A stretch of 64,000 nt of DNA from a virus (taxonomy: Duplodnaviria > Caudoviricetes): positions 1 through 64,000 of the IMG/VR virus record IMGVR_UViG_3300046615_000115. One strand, 5' to 3'. Positions 7,814 through 16,293 of the stretch are shown piece after piece. The position numbers were made by a program, and so were the translations under genes. A model generated the notes under the pieces. That model ran no database searches. It saw only the letters and a list, made by a program, of their open reading frames with translations, and was not told the DNA's origin. Every line of letters begins with the position of its first letter. Position 1 is the first letter of the stretch.

Positions 7814-7993
7814 CTAATTCTCCTTAATTAAAGCTCGTTGAGCGACATTTCCTAGAATATATCCGCTAACAATCACCATAGTGATTGATTGGAACACGTC
7901 AGCAGGAAGTTTACCACACCAAAGGCATAGGAACAATAGGATCTGTACGACACAAACCAGAAAGAATTTCCTAGACATAAATTTATCAGACAT
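7814..7993 (-). CDS. Two-TM small membrane protein (59 aa), holin-like
   Basis: Manual translation MSRKFFLVCVVQILLFLCLWCGKL...MVIVSGYILGNVAQR. Confidence 0.6.
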   Translation of the reverse strand: MSDKFMSRKFFLVCVVQILLFLCLWCGKLPADVFQSITMVIVSGYILGNVAQRALIKEN

Positions 7994-8399
7994 TACAGCG
8001 CCTCCAAAGTTTACTAATTGCCCACCACAGGCTAGCAGTTACAGAAAGAGAATGCAACGTTTTAAGTTCATCTTTCACCGCCAATAACTCCTTTTCAAGA
8101 GGCTTTACACGCCTATCCGTAGCTGCCTGAACATCTCGTTCAAATTTCTCTTGAGAACAGCCAATAATTTCTCTCAATTCTTCATCGAATGCTGCAAAGA
8201 TTTCTCGTGTATAATTCCCTTTCCCGTCTGCCCAACAGAATCTTTCGATAGGCAAATGATGAATTTCCACTTCTTGTTTGTCTAGAATAATGTCTGAATT
8301 ATAGACAGGCATTGGCTCACGAACATAGTGTGGAATGTAGTTCCTGTCGTAAGATTGCACAGTCTTTTTAGTGGTTGAGTAGATGGTTACTTCAATCAC
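7986..8399 (-). CDS. Hypothetical protein
   Basis: 137-aa coupled ORF. Confidence 0.7.
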   Translation of the reverse strand: MIEVTIYSTTKKTVQSYDRNYIPHYVREPMPVYNSDIILDKQEVEIHHLPIERFCWADGKGNYTREIFAAFDEELREIIGCSQEKFERDVQAATDRRVKPLEKELLAVKDELKTLHSLSVTASLWWAISKLWRRCNV

Positions 8400-8596
8400 T
8401 GGACTTCTCCAATAGCATCATATGTTGTCTCTGCACTATAAGGACGAACAACCCACTTAGCAATAAGATTCTTTTCATATTGATAGTTATGCCCATTACA
8501 GACATAAATCCACTCATCATCCTCAGTGATATCAATGATAGGATCTACCCAGTCCCTTGAACCATCTTTAAACTCCACTACGAACTCATTATACAT
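8396..8596 (-). CDS. Hypothetical protein
   Basis: Coupled ORF. Confidence 0.7.
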   Translation of the reverse strand: MYNEFVVEFKDGSRDWVDPIIDITEDDEWIYVCNGHNYQYEKNLIAKWVVRPYSAETTYDAIGEVQ

Positions 8597-8790
8597 TACG
8601 CACCATCCTCAAACAGAGTCTCTTCAACATACTGCTCACAAGCCTTCCCATAAGAAAACCTTGCCTGTTTAAGCGTTTCCTTGGCTAACAAGAGCTGCAA
8701 ACTACCCTCAAGCGATGTATGGGCAGTGTAGTATTCTTGTTCAGCTTTCTTTAAGTTGTTTCGTAGTTCGATTAGGTCTTTCATTTCCAA
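8596..8790 (-). CDS. Hypothetical protein
   Basis: Coupled ORF. Confidence 0.65.
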   Translation of the reverse strand: MEMKDLIELRNNLKKAEQEYYTAHTSLEGSLQLLLAKETLKQARFSYGKACEQYVEETLFEDGA

Positions 8791-9014
8791 CCACTCACTT
8801 CATACCAGAGGCATGGACGATTCCACTCTACTGTATAACCCTGTTCACGAAGGATAGCTACTTGAACCTCTGTGATTTCATCCTCCTCTTCGTTACCCCG
8901 ATGATTGAAATAAACTTCTTTGTTTCCATTTTCAGCATAACTTTTGATTTTATAATAGATGTCACTCATGTCAACTTCTGCTCGGATACTTTGTTTCAGC
9001 TCTTGTAGATTCAT
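8781..9014 (-). CDS. Hypothetical protein
   Basis: Coupled ORF. Confidence 0.7.
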   Translation of the reverse strand: MNLQELKQSIRAEVDMSDIYYKIKSYAENGNKEVYFNHRGNEEEDEITEVQVAILREQGYTVEWNRPCLWYEVSGWK

Positions 9015-9229
9015 TTCACACCCTTCATAGCCAAATCAATCGCATTATTAATATCTTCTTCACTAGATTCTGTCGATCCCATTACTGCAAAGAAGTCTTT
9101 AGAGTTGTCGCTCAATTTTTCCCATTCAACTTTACATTGGGACAGGAAGAATGTCCAACGTTCAGAATTCTTAAGCTGAATGTCTGAAACCTTCTTCGAC
9201 ACCACAGTGGTTTTAGTCTTGACTGCCAT
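9011..9229 (-). CDS. Hypothetical protein (MAVKTK...)
   Basis: GGAG/AAAGGA RBS before ATG 9229. Confidence 0.65.
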   Translation of the reverse strand: MAVKTKTTVVSKKVSDIQLKNSERWTFFLSQCKVEWEKLSDNSKDFFAVMGSTESSEEDINNAIDLAMKGVK

Positions 9230-9395
9230 TTCCTTTCTCCTCATTACTAATATGAAATTTACACTCTCCCACCACCTTAACAGAAACAGACATACAAAGC
9301 CACGCCTGATAACGAATTAATGGTGTTTGTGTGAAACGGGCACAGGATTCTTTGCGTAAGCAAGCTGTGCCTTCGCATTTGACCAGCTGATTCAC
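9213..9395 (-). CDS. Cys-rich hypothetical protein
   Basis: KCEGTACLRKESCARF motif. Confidence 0.6.
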   Translation of the reverse strand: MNQLVKCEGTACLRKESCARFTQTPLIRYQAWLCMSVSVKVVGECKFHISNEEKGNGSQD

Positions 9396-9568
9396 TCGTC
9401 TTCACTCCATTCAACAGTGACTTTAAAAGTTCCTTTCCAAAACCCTTGTTCACTAGGAATCTCAGACATAACAGGATTGAACATCTCATCCCACAACTCT
9501 GAGAAGTCACGATGTACATCAACGACACTTTCACCATCGTATTCTTGTGCAAATAGAATCTTATTCAT
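9392..9568 (-). CDS. Hypothetical protein (58 aa)
   Basis: Manual translation MNKILFAQEYDGES...; AGGAG RBS. Confidence 0.65.
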   Translation of the reverse strand: MNKILFAQEYDGESVVDVHRDFSELWDEMFNPVMSEIPSEQGFWKGTFKVTVEWSEDE

Positions 9569-9849
9569 TTCAGCCTACTCCTAATCTTTTCAGCATCAAC
9601 ATGAAACCCGAGGTCAACATAATCTGCAAACGAATAACGGCTATCGGCCGTTTCACACAGAGGATACTCCTGTCCCGGATGTTCTGCAAGCCATTCTTCA
9701 TAATGAACATCCCACGTTTTAGGGTTCAAAACCTCTAGTGTGATGGTTTGGGGACCACCGTAGGAGTCGCCTTCTATTTCTAATGATGCTCGGTACTCCT
9801 CAAACAATTCGGACAATTTAGTGAGAAATTCTTTTGTGGCACTATTCAT
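9565..9849 (-). CDS. Hypothetical protein (94 aa)
   Basis: GAGGTG RBS; coupled to HNH gene. Confidence 0.7.
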   Translation of the reverse strand: MNSATKEFLTKLSELFEEYRASLEIEGDSYGGPQTITLEVLNPKTWDVHYEEWLAEHPGQEYPLCETADSRYSFADYVDLGFHVDAEKIRSRLK

Positions 9850-10447
9850 AGTTCACCTCTGGTGCATAACGTTTTAGGATAGCTTCTGCAACCCGCTGAT
9901 CGGTTTGGGTTGCAGCTAACTCAACCGCCATCTTAGCTTTATACTCTTTGTAGGCTTTGTGTGCAACATCTGGGTCATCAAATAGGCCAAGATATTTAAT
10001 ACCGCCACCGGGAATTTGACCAGTAGCTGTAAATCCCTTAGCAGCTTTATGCCATGATACGCCGATAGGCCATTTGCCACGGGCCAACGTATGTTCCGTA
10101 AAGAAGTTATTAACGGCTTGACTTACGAAAACACACTTTTCAGGGCAATATTCTTTATTACCTTGTACTAAAATGTCCTTGTCTAAATGTTTGTCTTGCC
10201 AATCCTGCGTTTCCATCCATGCCTTAAAGTTACTGAAGGTTAGCCATTCCTCACAGACGAAGCAGTCTGCATAAGTGGGCTGTCTCTTTTTGTATGCTGA
10301 TGAGTAACATCTAGCCAGCATAGTATTCCATTTTCTAAAGAATGGACAAAAGGGCAACGGCCCTTCGTGATTTTTAGGCCTAGGTCGCGTTACGTAATCG
10401 GCATCATTAATACCTACACCCTGAATTAACTTCTTACCTCTTTGCAT
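9842..10447 (-). CDS. Free-standing HNH homing endonuclease with AP2-like C-terminus
   Basis: W..ML.RCY, LDKDILVQGNKEYCPEKCVFV, PIGVSWHK. Confidence 0.8.
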   Translation of the reverse strand: MQRGKKLIQGVGINDADYVTRPRPKNHEGPLPFCPFFRKWNTMLARCYSSAYKKRQPTYADCFVCEEWLTFSNFKAWMETQDWQDKHLDKDILVQGNKEYCPEKCVFVSQAVNNFFTEHTLARGKWPIGVSWHKAAKGFTATGQIPGGGIKYLGLFDDPDVAHKAYKEYKAKMAVELAATQTDQRVAEAILKRYAPEVNYE

Positions 10448-10532
10448 ATAAGCCTCTAAAATTTAAGTTGCAGCGGTATTCTTCCAGTAAATCAGCTAGT
10501 TTGATTAGGAATTCTTTGGTGTGGTTGTTCAC
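10434..10532 (-). pseudogene. Truncated duplicate of the 5' end of gene 9565-9849
   Basis: VNNHTKEFLIKLADLLEEYRCNL vs MNSATKEFLTKLSELFEEYRASL. Confidence 0.7.
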
Positions 10533-10699
10533 TTAATGTCTCCAATATCTTTAGAATTGTCTGTTGTTCGCCCATCATCAAGCATGGCAATGATTAGCTC
10601 GATTTGTACAATAAGTTTTTCTGCGTTATATGTTGGACCGCCAGTGTTTGACTTACGTAGGGCTTGTTCTAATAACCTTTTAATTTGTTCAGGTTTCAT
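10529..10699 (-). CDS. Hypothetical protein (56 aa)
   Basis: Manual translation MKPEQIKRLL...; GGAG RBS. Confidence 0.6.
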   Translation of the reverse strand: MKPEQIKRLLEQALRKSNTGGPTYNAEKLIVQIELIIAMLDDGRTTDNSKDIGDIK

Positions 10700-10905
10700 T
10701 TCACATCTCCTATAATAGCAACCCTACGAAACTCTCTTCGCCACAGCTTATGACTAACCATTGGAATTTTCATCCATGCAAAGCAAGGAGTTATTTTGAC
10801 AACTTCTCCCGAATACAAATAAGATCCATTGTCAGCACCAAAGACAACTTTGTCTCCTTCTCGGATTTGCTTACCGTTTACATCTAGTGGTAGATTCGGT
10901 AACAT
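10696..10905 (-). CDS. SH3/KOW-like small protein
   Basis: DVNGKQIREGDKVVFG pattern. Confidence 0.6.
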   Translation of the reverse strand: MLPNLPLDVNGKQIREGDKVVFGADNGSYLYSGEVVKITPCFAWMKIPMVSHKLWRREFRRVAIIGDVK

Positions 10906-11095
10906 TTCCTTTCTCCCCCTGTGATGTCAAATATAAAGCTGTTCCAAACAATGTAACAGCCGTTAGAATAAAAGCTAATGACCAATTCTCACATAGTCTT
11001 GTGGTTCTGTAAAGTCTACATCCGTCAGCAATTATTCCAAAGATTAAAGATAAGATGAAGAATACTAGGCCGATGGTCCATAGGGTTGTGATCAT
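10871..11095 (-). CDS. Two-TM membrane protein
   Basis: Two hydrophobic segments. Confidence 0.65.
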   Translation of the reverse strand: MITTLWTIGLVFFILSLIFGIIADGCRLYRTTRLCENWSLAFILTAVTLFGTALYLTSQGEKGNVTESTTRCKR

Positions 11096-11286
11096 TTATT
11101 CACCTTCTTAGGTGGCTTCAGTAGATTATATGCAGCGATCCAAGCGGCAACAGTCATTACACACAGAAATCCGCCAAAGTTAAAAGCTGCTGATGAACCT
11201 TGCATCCAAAGAATTGGAACAACCCAAGCTGTCAGGCCCGTAAAGAGCGAGGTGATTACCAGCACAACTAACCAAACTTTCCACAT
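11092..11286 (-). CDS. Two-TM membrane protein
   Basis: Two hydrophobic segments, basic tail. Confidence 0.65.
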   Translation of the reverse strand: MWKVWLVVLVITSLFTGLTAWVVPILWMQGSSAAFNFGGFLCVMTVAAWIAAYNLLKPPKKVNK

Positions 11287-11291
11287 ATTAA

Positions 11292-11492
11292 TTACTCCTC
11301 GTACTTAGATTTATCACAGGTCAAAATCATTTCAGCTTGACCTTCCCAATTAAAGTTAAGCTGCTCTTGCATGTCTGCATAAGAAAATCCTAGACGTTTC
11401 ATTGCAAACAAAGCTTCTTTGCGAGCTTCTAGGAAATCTCCCCACCATTTGTAAGATTCGTCAAACTCTTTTAGTTCTTGTTTGTTCATCAT
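11292..11492 (-). CDS. Hypothetical protein
   Basis: ORF in operon. Confidence 0.65.
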   Translation of the reverse strand: MMNKQELKEFDESYKWWGDFLEARKEALFAMKRLGFSYADMQEQLNFNWEGQAEMILTCDKSKYEE

Positions 11493-11570
11493 CTCACATT
11501 CCCCTCAATATAATCAAACATTTCTGAATAACTCGGACGTTCCCAAATAAGGTCACAGGGAGATTCTAAA

Positions 11571-11783
11571 TCAAGTGTTTGAGATATCCTTACTTACAAC
11601 TATCCACCCACAACCGTGATTGATTGTTAAATCCGTTGCTTGAATCTCTGCACACTCTTTATCCAGCCAAAAACAGGCACGTTCTAGTACACCTGTCCAC
11701 TCAACATCCTTAACAGTTGTATTGTAACCTTTGAAGAAAACATCTCCAATTGTCTCTGCGCACTTTAGTACGAAAACTTTCAT
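11571..11783 (-). CDS. Hypothetical protein
   Basis: Coupled ORF. Confidence 0.65.
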   Translation of the reverse strand: MKVFVLKCAETIGDVFFKGYNTTVKDVEWTGVLERACFWLDKECAEIQATDLTINHGCGWIVVSKDISNT

Positions 11784-11995
11784 TTCACTTCCTCAATCTT
11801 AAACTGGATTTGTTTATCAAACAATCCTTTTGAGCTTTCATCATACCACACTTTGAAATAATTCCTCATGTGAAGGTTGAAAGCATTCTTTGCAGCCATC
11901 TCAGAAGCCCAACCACATTTGCTACCGAACTTGATCAGCTCACCTGTGATGGATTCTCTGATAACATAAACCTTTGTTGTTTCCATTGTCTTCAT
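11780..11995 (-). CDS. Hypothetical protein
   Basis: Coupled ORF. Confidence 0.65.
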   Translation of the reverse strand: MKTMETTKVYVIRESITGELIKFGSKCGWASEMAAKNAFNLHMRNYFKVWYDESSKGLFDKQIQFKIEEVK

Positions 11996-12240
11996 TCCAC
12001 AGGTGGCTTAGGCAAATACTGCCAATGTGTGATCTGACTCTTAGGAATCTCTGAATACTTACTCCAATCAGACCACTGTTCCATACAATACCAACCAGAT
12101 TGAAATTCACAAGTGCATACATGAATACCGTCTGTCGCGATTACGTCAATAGAGTCAAATACTTTAGAGCCGTCTACGTTTAGTTCTGGTAGGCGGTGAA
12201 CTACGCTGATCCAATTGCCGCTCATATTATTAACCCCCAA
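11992..12240 (-). CDS. DUF551-family protein
   Basis: WISVVHRLPE ... ITHWQYLPKPP. Confidence 0.75.
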   Translation of the reverse strand: MGVNNMSGNWISVVHRLPELNVDGSKVFDSIDVIATDGIHVCTCEFQSGWYCMEQWSDWSKYSEIPKSQITHWQYLPKPPVE

Positions 12241-12478
12241 TCAATCGAGCGTCTTCGATAGGAAGAGAATCAATTCCCAATGTCTCACTACGTCCCCAAC
12301 AAGTTGTGCCGTCTGTAAAGCCTGCTGCAATAGGGTCACGAGTGATACGCACCCAACTACCATGAGATTGATTCTTCATGCGACCTACGCTGTTAGCAAA
12401 TACGTCATGATTCACAGATTTGGGGAAAATGAAAATTTCTTCAATGTCATTTTCGTCTAGGGTTACGATGTATTTCAT
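12230..12478 (-). CDS. Conserved-type phage hypothetical protein
   Basis: AAGF...CWGRSETL motif; coupled ORF. Confidence 0.7.
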   Translation of the reverse strand: MKYIVTLDENDIEEIFIFPKSVNHDVFANSVGRMKNQSHGSWVRITRDPIAAGFTDGTTCWGRSETLGIDSLPIEDARLIGG

Positions 12479-13800
12479 TTATAATCTACCTTACAAAAGT
12501 TAATTGCACCAAACTGTTTAAGCCAAGCCTTGTACATAAATCCCCGCACTTGCTCGGCAATTGTTTTCTTTACCATAAGGCCATCATGCCACGGCAACAG
12601 CACCTCGTCAATAGCCAATGTGTCACAAATCACGTTATCCAAAATTTCACTGTCCAAATACTGCAAATCAACGCCGACATCCTTGAAAAACTTATCGGCA
12701 ATCAATGAGTTATGAGCTTGCACAGACTCCAATACATCTTGAAAATCAACTTCATACATACCGAAGTATTTTGCTTTATGTTCTGAAGTTTGTCCCCATT
12801 TGCTGCGATCACGTCCGAAATGCTGCGATAACGCTTGTTTAGCTTGCTTCAAGTCTTTGGAATTTAGACCAATCATTACAGCCATTTTCACCAGATTACG
12901 ACTTGGATCATACTTGACAATCCCATGCTTCAGTTTGAACTGTTCAACAGCTTCAGCGTCCACATACTTATCCCACAGGTCAACACCATAAGGATCAAAA
13001 TCTGACGGTAATTGAGCATCAATCATCTGATAGCAGATATTTGGGTGGATTGCAGAAAAGTCGAGCTCCACTAAATCCTCTCCATCAATCTGTAGGAACG
13101 GACGAAGTGTCTTATCCATCGTCTGAATGCTGCCTACAGAGTTATACCAGCGACCTCCGGTTGTTAGATTTTCAATGAAAATACGTTTATAGCTTTGGTC
13201 AGGCAGTGTAACACCTTTCAGTGAGATACGTGCCTCAATCAAAGCTGTGTTGAATTGGCTGACTTTATCTTTAATTGCACTCACGCCTTTAACCCCTTGA
13301 GTTTGCATAGGTTTCTTTGTCTTACGTTCTTTGATTTCAACAGGAGATTTAAGATCTACACTCACATTGTACAAACCTACATTCTCAAACAAACCTGTAA
13401 ATTTATCTGTGACTTCTGTGATAGACATTTCAAACTCCTCTGCTTTCTTATCAAAACCATACACCTTAACACCACCAATGTAAAGATGAATAAATCCACC
13501 AGCCTCCAGCTTATCTAGTAGTGTGATCATCCTTGCATATGATATCTGTTGTGTGTTACCTGTGTATAGCTGTTTATTCCTTGGGATCTTTAGACAAATA
13601 GCTCTTGTTTTGATCATCCTAGCTATGTTAGTGATAAGAGCACGTATCTCTTTCTCTTCTTCTCTTCCATACTCAGATGTAAACATACTAACAATTGATT
13701 CATATTGCTTAGCTTTATTGTAATGGATATTGAAATGAGTAGATCTTAATTCCTTCCATAGAAGGTCTTCATCATTCATATCTTTAATCTGTATCTTCAT
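12475..13800 (-). CDS. PolA/T7-RNAP-superfamily polymerase-like protein (TV-Pol-like)
   Basis: GGRWY; motif A ELD247FSAIHP; motif B R301xxxK305; LQxxDS; motif C WH405D406G; AAGGAGG RBS. Confidence 0.7.
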   Translation of the reverse strand: MKIQIKDMNDEDLLWKELRSTHFNIHYNKAKQYESIVSMFTSEYGREEEKEIRALITNIARMIKTRAICLKIPRNKQLYTGNTQQISYARMITLLDKLEAGGFIHLYIGGVKVYGFDKKAEEFEMSITEVTDKFTGLFENVGLYNVSVDLKSPVEIKERKTKKPMQTQGVKGVSAIKDKVSQFNTALIEARISLKGVTLPDQSYKRIFIENLTTGGRWYNSVGSIQTMDKTLRPFLQIDGEDLVELDFSAIHPNICYQMIDAQLPSDFDPYGVDLWDKYVDAEAVEQFKLKHGIVKYDPSRNLVKMAVMIGLNSKDLKQAKQALSQHFGRDRSKWGQTSEHKAKYFGMYEVDFQDVLESVQAHNSLIADKFFKDVGVDLQYLDSEILDNVICDTLAIDEVLLPWHDGLMVKKTIAEQVRGFMYKAWLKQFGAINFCKVDYK

Positions 13801-14021
13801 ACTTAAGACCTCCTTAGAAGTGTATTAATAGTTAAGAGAATGAGTGTAACAGAAGGCTAATAGATATAATACTGTAAATAGAGCTAGAAGCCCGTAATAC
13901 GTGGTCTGTAGCCAATTTATCCCCCTAAAAGGTTGTAAATATCAACACAAATTCAAGTACATATAATCTCACACTCCACCCCCTCAAACACAAGGTTGTT
14001 TCCACTGTTTATTGGGTATTT

Positions 14022-14390
14022 TCAGGAGAATGTCTTGTTAAGTGAATCACAAATACTAATAGGAAGTCCCCAAATAGCCGAACCTATACGATAAACCTTA
14101 AGTCTCTTTTCAGATTCCACGACAACATACCGCTCATCAGAAGGTATGTAACCACTAACATAAGATCGAAATTTAGACAGATCATATTTATCTGAGAATA
14201 AGAAGTGTATTTCCTCTAGAACTAAACCTGACCAAACATAATCGCGTTGGTTCATCTTCTCGCACCATTCAACAGCCTTTAAGAAGTTATACCTTGCTGC
14301 TGTATTAGACAACCAATCTAGCATTTCTTCTTTAATGTCTGTGATCAAATACCAACCCTTTCTGTAAATAATTTTAGGTTTCATTTCCAC
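14022..14390 (-). CDS. Hypothetical protein
   Basis: ORF. Confidence 0.65.
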   Translation of the reverse strand: MEMKPKIIYRKGWYLITDIKEEMLDWLSNTAARYNFLKAVEWCEKMNQRDYVWSGLVLEEIHFLFSDKYDLSKFRSYVSGYIPSDERYVVVESEKRLKVYRIGSAIWGLPISICDSLNKTFS

Positions 14391-14701
14391 TCCTCTCGGT
14401 TACGATACTCAATAGTTCCATCCACAAAATACATTGGTTCTTTTGTGCTGTAATTCTTAAGCCAAACGCCAGTATTCACCCAATGGCTCCAAAGCATATA
14501 GGATTGTTCTAGTGTCAGCTTCCAACAATTCATCTTGACACTGTCTGGAATCTGTTTATTCCACGTATCCTCTGTGAACATCTGTAGAGTGATCTTGGCA
14601 TCCTCATTCATCAAACATCTGCCAGAATTATATCTTGTATACCAAGGATGGACGATTGGCGTTGGTTTAGGTTTCTTACTCCAGAATCTTAACAATTTCA
14701 T
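14381..14701 (-). CDS. Hypothetical protein
   Basis: Coupled ORF. Confidence 0.65.
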   Translation of the reverse strand: MKLLRFWSKKPKPTPIVHPWYTRYNSGRCLMNEDAKITLQMFTEDTWNKQIPDSVKMNCWKLTLEQSYMLWSHWVNTGVWLKNYSTKEPMYFVDGTIEYRNREEWK

Positions 14702-14910
14702 GGCCTTCCAATACCTTTATCAGACAGTGGTGTGAGGAGCATTACATGCCAAGTTTTAAATACTTTCCACTGCTTTCGTGACCCGCTGCGTACACTGAAC
14801 GGTGTAGGTTGTTTACTTCTATCAATAAAATTTAGTCCGTAGTTGAATACCCTAAAGCACAAAACTTCCTCAGTTTTGTTAAAGAAAAAGTAAGGTTGAA
14901 AGTTAATCAT
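14698..14910 (-). CDS. Hypothetical protein (MINFQP...)
   Basis: TGATG coupling; start moved from track. Confidence 0.6.
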   Translation of the reverse strand: MINFQPYFFFNKTEEVLCFRVFNYGLNFIDRSKQPTPFSVRSGSRKQWKVFKTWHVMLLTPLSDKGIGRP

Positions 14911-15123
14911 CACTCTTCTCCCACCCAAATCACTTCAAACCTAGGACAAACATCAGACAGCTTCCTGACATACGTATCATAATCCATAAAATTCCCTACT
15001 ATAAAGAACAACCCTTGACTATTCATCACCCATTTATGGAGTATCTCCCCTTCCTTGAGCTTGTATTTCTCTCCCGTAGAGACGTCGATTATTTTCGACT
15101 TCAGTCGAGCATTTCTTTTTCAT
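14910..15123 (-). pseudogene. 69-codon ORF out of frame with its ATG by one base
   Basis: ATG AAAAA GAAAT; removing one A gives MKRNARLKSKIIDVSTGEK... Confidence 0.55.
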
Positions 15124-15560
15124 TTCAAATTACTCTCGTCAAATACATCAAAGTCTGGATAAACTTGTTCAGGCACATTACGCCACTCTCTGTCAAAGTA
15201 GTTATCCCCATTAACATCAATATCTTCTTCATCATTCCTGTGCAGTGTCCAATTACTACACTCTTCGTAGCGAGTTTCTAGGCACCATTTCTTAGCCATG
15301 TAAGGCAGAAGCTTCATAAACTCTTGGATAGTCTGGTCATAATTCTTAAGCTCACTGTGAAACTTTACAATCTTACCTTCAATAGACTTTACACCATTAC
15401 CCGAGTGTGGTATCCAGTGACTACGGCTGAATGTGACGAACGGCTTAACCTTATCTAGTGTGTGACTCATCATTGCCCAGTGGTTTTCTCCTACGAAGCA
15501 TTTAGCGAGTGCTTCAGTTGTAAATTCAATAGTCCCTTGAATCTCTGTGTACATACCCAT
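15120..15560 (-). CDS. Conserved-type phage protein (MGMYTE...)
   Basis: GAGGAGG RBS; first gene after promoter 15588-15616. Confidence 0.8.
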   Translation of the reverse strand: MGMYTEIQGTIEFTTEALAKCFVGENHWAMMSHTLDKVKPFVTFSRSHWIPHSGNGVKSIEGKIVKFHSELKNYDQTIQEFMKLLPYMAKKWCLETRYEECSNWTLHRNDEEDIDVNGDNYFDREWRNVPEQVYPDFDVFDESNLK

Positions 15561-15587
15561 AACAACCTCCTCAATTAATGTAGGCCA

Positions 15588-15616
15588 ATCTTAAACCACC
15601 AGTTCAGTCGTGTCAA
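15588..15616 (-). promoter_or_regulatory. Leftward sigma70 promoter
   Basis: TTGACA-17-TAAGAT. Confidence 0.8.
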
Positions 15617-15708
15617 GCATAAAATTGAATAAATTCACTGGGAGGTTCCTCTAAAGAGGCGTCCTAAAGGGGTTCCATAAAGAGAGGATGGATTTCTTTG
15701 AAATACCC

Positions 15709-15736
15709 TTGACAGGGGTGGGGAACGTGTTAAAGT
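15709..15736 (+). promoter_or_regulatory. Rightward sigma70 promoter
   Basis: TTGACA-16-TAAAGT with TGn extension. Confidence 0.65.
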
Positions 15737-15773
15737 AGGTGTCATTGAAAGCAAACTTAACGAGGGAAGAGGC

Positions 15774-15929
15774 ATGAACGAGAAAGAAATTATTGATGCT
15801 CAGCAAAAATACATTGAACAGCTAGAGGCAGCACTTATCAAATTGACCGATGAGTGTCTAGCTAGTGACTTCAATGAACACTGGGATAGCTATCTGGATG
15901 CGTTGAAGCTGCTTGCAGATAATGCTTGA
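15774..15929 (+). CDS. Hypothetical protein (51 aa)
   Basis: Manual translation MNEKEIIDAQ...; GAGG RBS. Confidence 0.65.
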   Translation: MNEKEIIDAQQKYIEQLEAALIKLTDECLASDFNEHWDSYLDALKLLADNA

Positions 15930-16020
15930 CATCGCTGACATTTCGAAGAAACAATACACGTGTATACGTAATGCAAGATTAATTTAAATATAAATTGGGT
16001 AGGGATTGGGAGAGAAAGGT

Positions 16021-16293
16021 ATGAATTTGCACAGTGAGATTATGAATATTCCATGTGAAACAGGGCTGTCAAACCATGCTGAGCGATTGGCTTATAAAAC
16101 TGGACATCGTGATGCTCGCCATGTGGCTGCTGAATTATCTTTGAAGGCTGAAGCTCGGATTGAGGAGCTTGAAGAAATGCTCAAGTGGTACATTGAAGAA
16201 GATGAGATTCATGAAGGTGATCCTGATAACCAATATTGGATTGATGGGAAACATAAGGCTATGAAACTTCTTGGAATGGAGATTGAGGAATAA
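16021..16293 (+). CDS. Hypothetical protein
   Basis: AAAGGT RBS before ATG 16021. Confidence 0.7.
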   Translation: MNLHSEIMNIPCETGLSNHAERLAYKTGHRDARHVAAELSLKAEARIEELEEMLKWYIEEDEIHEGDPDNQYWIDGKHKAMKLLGMEIEE

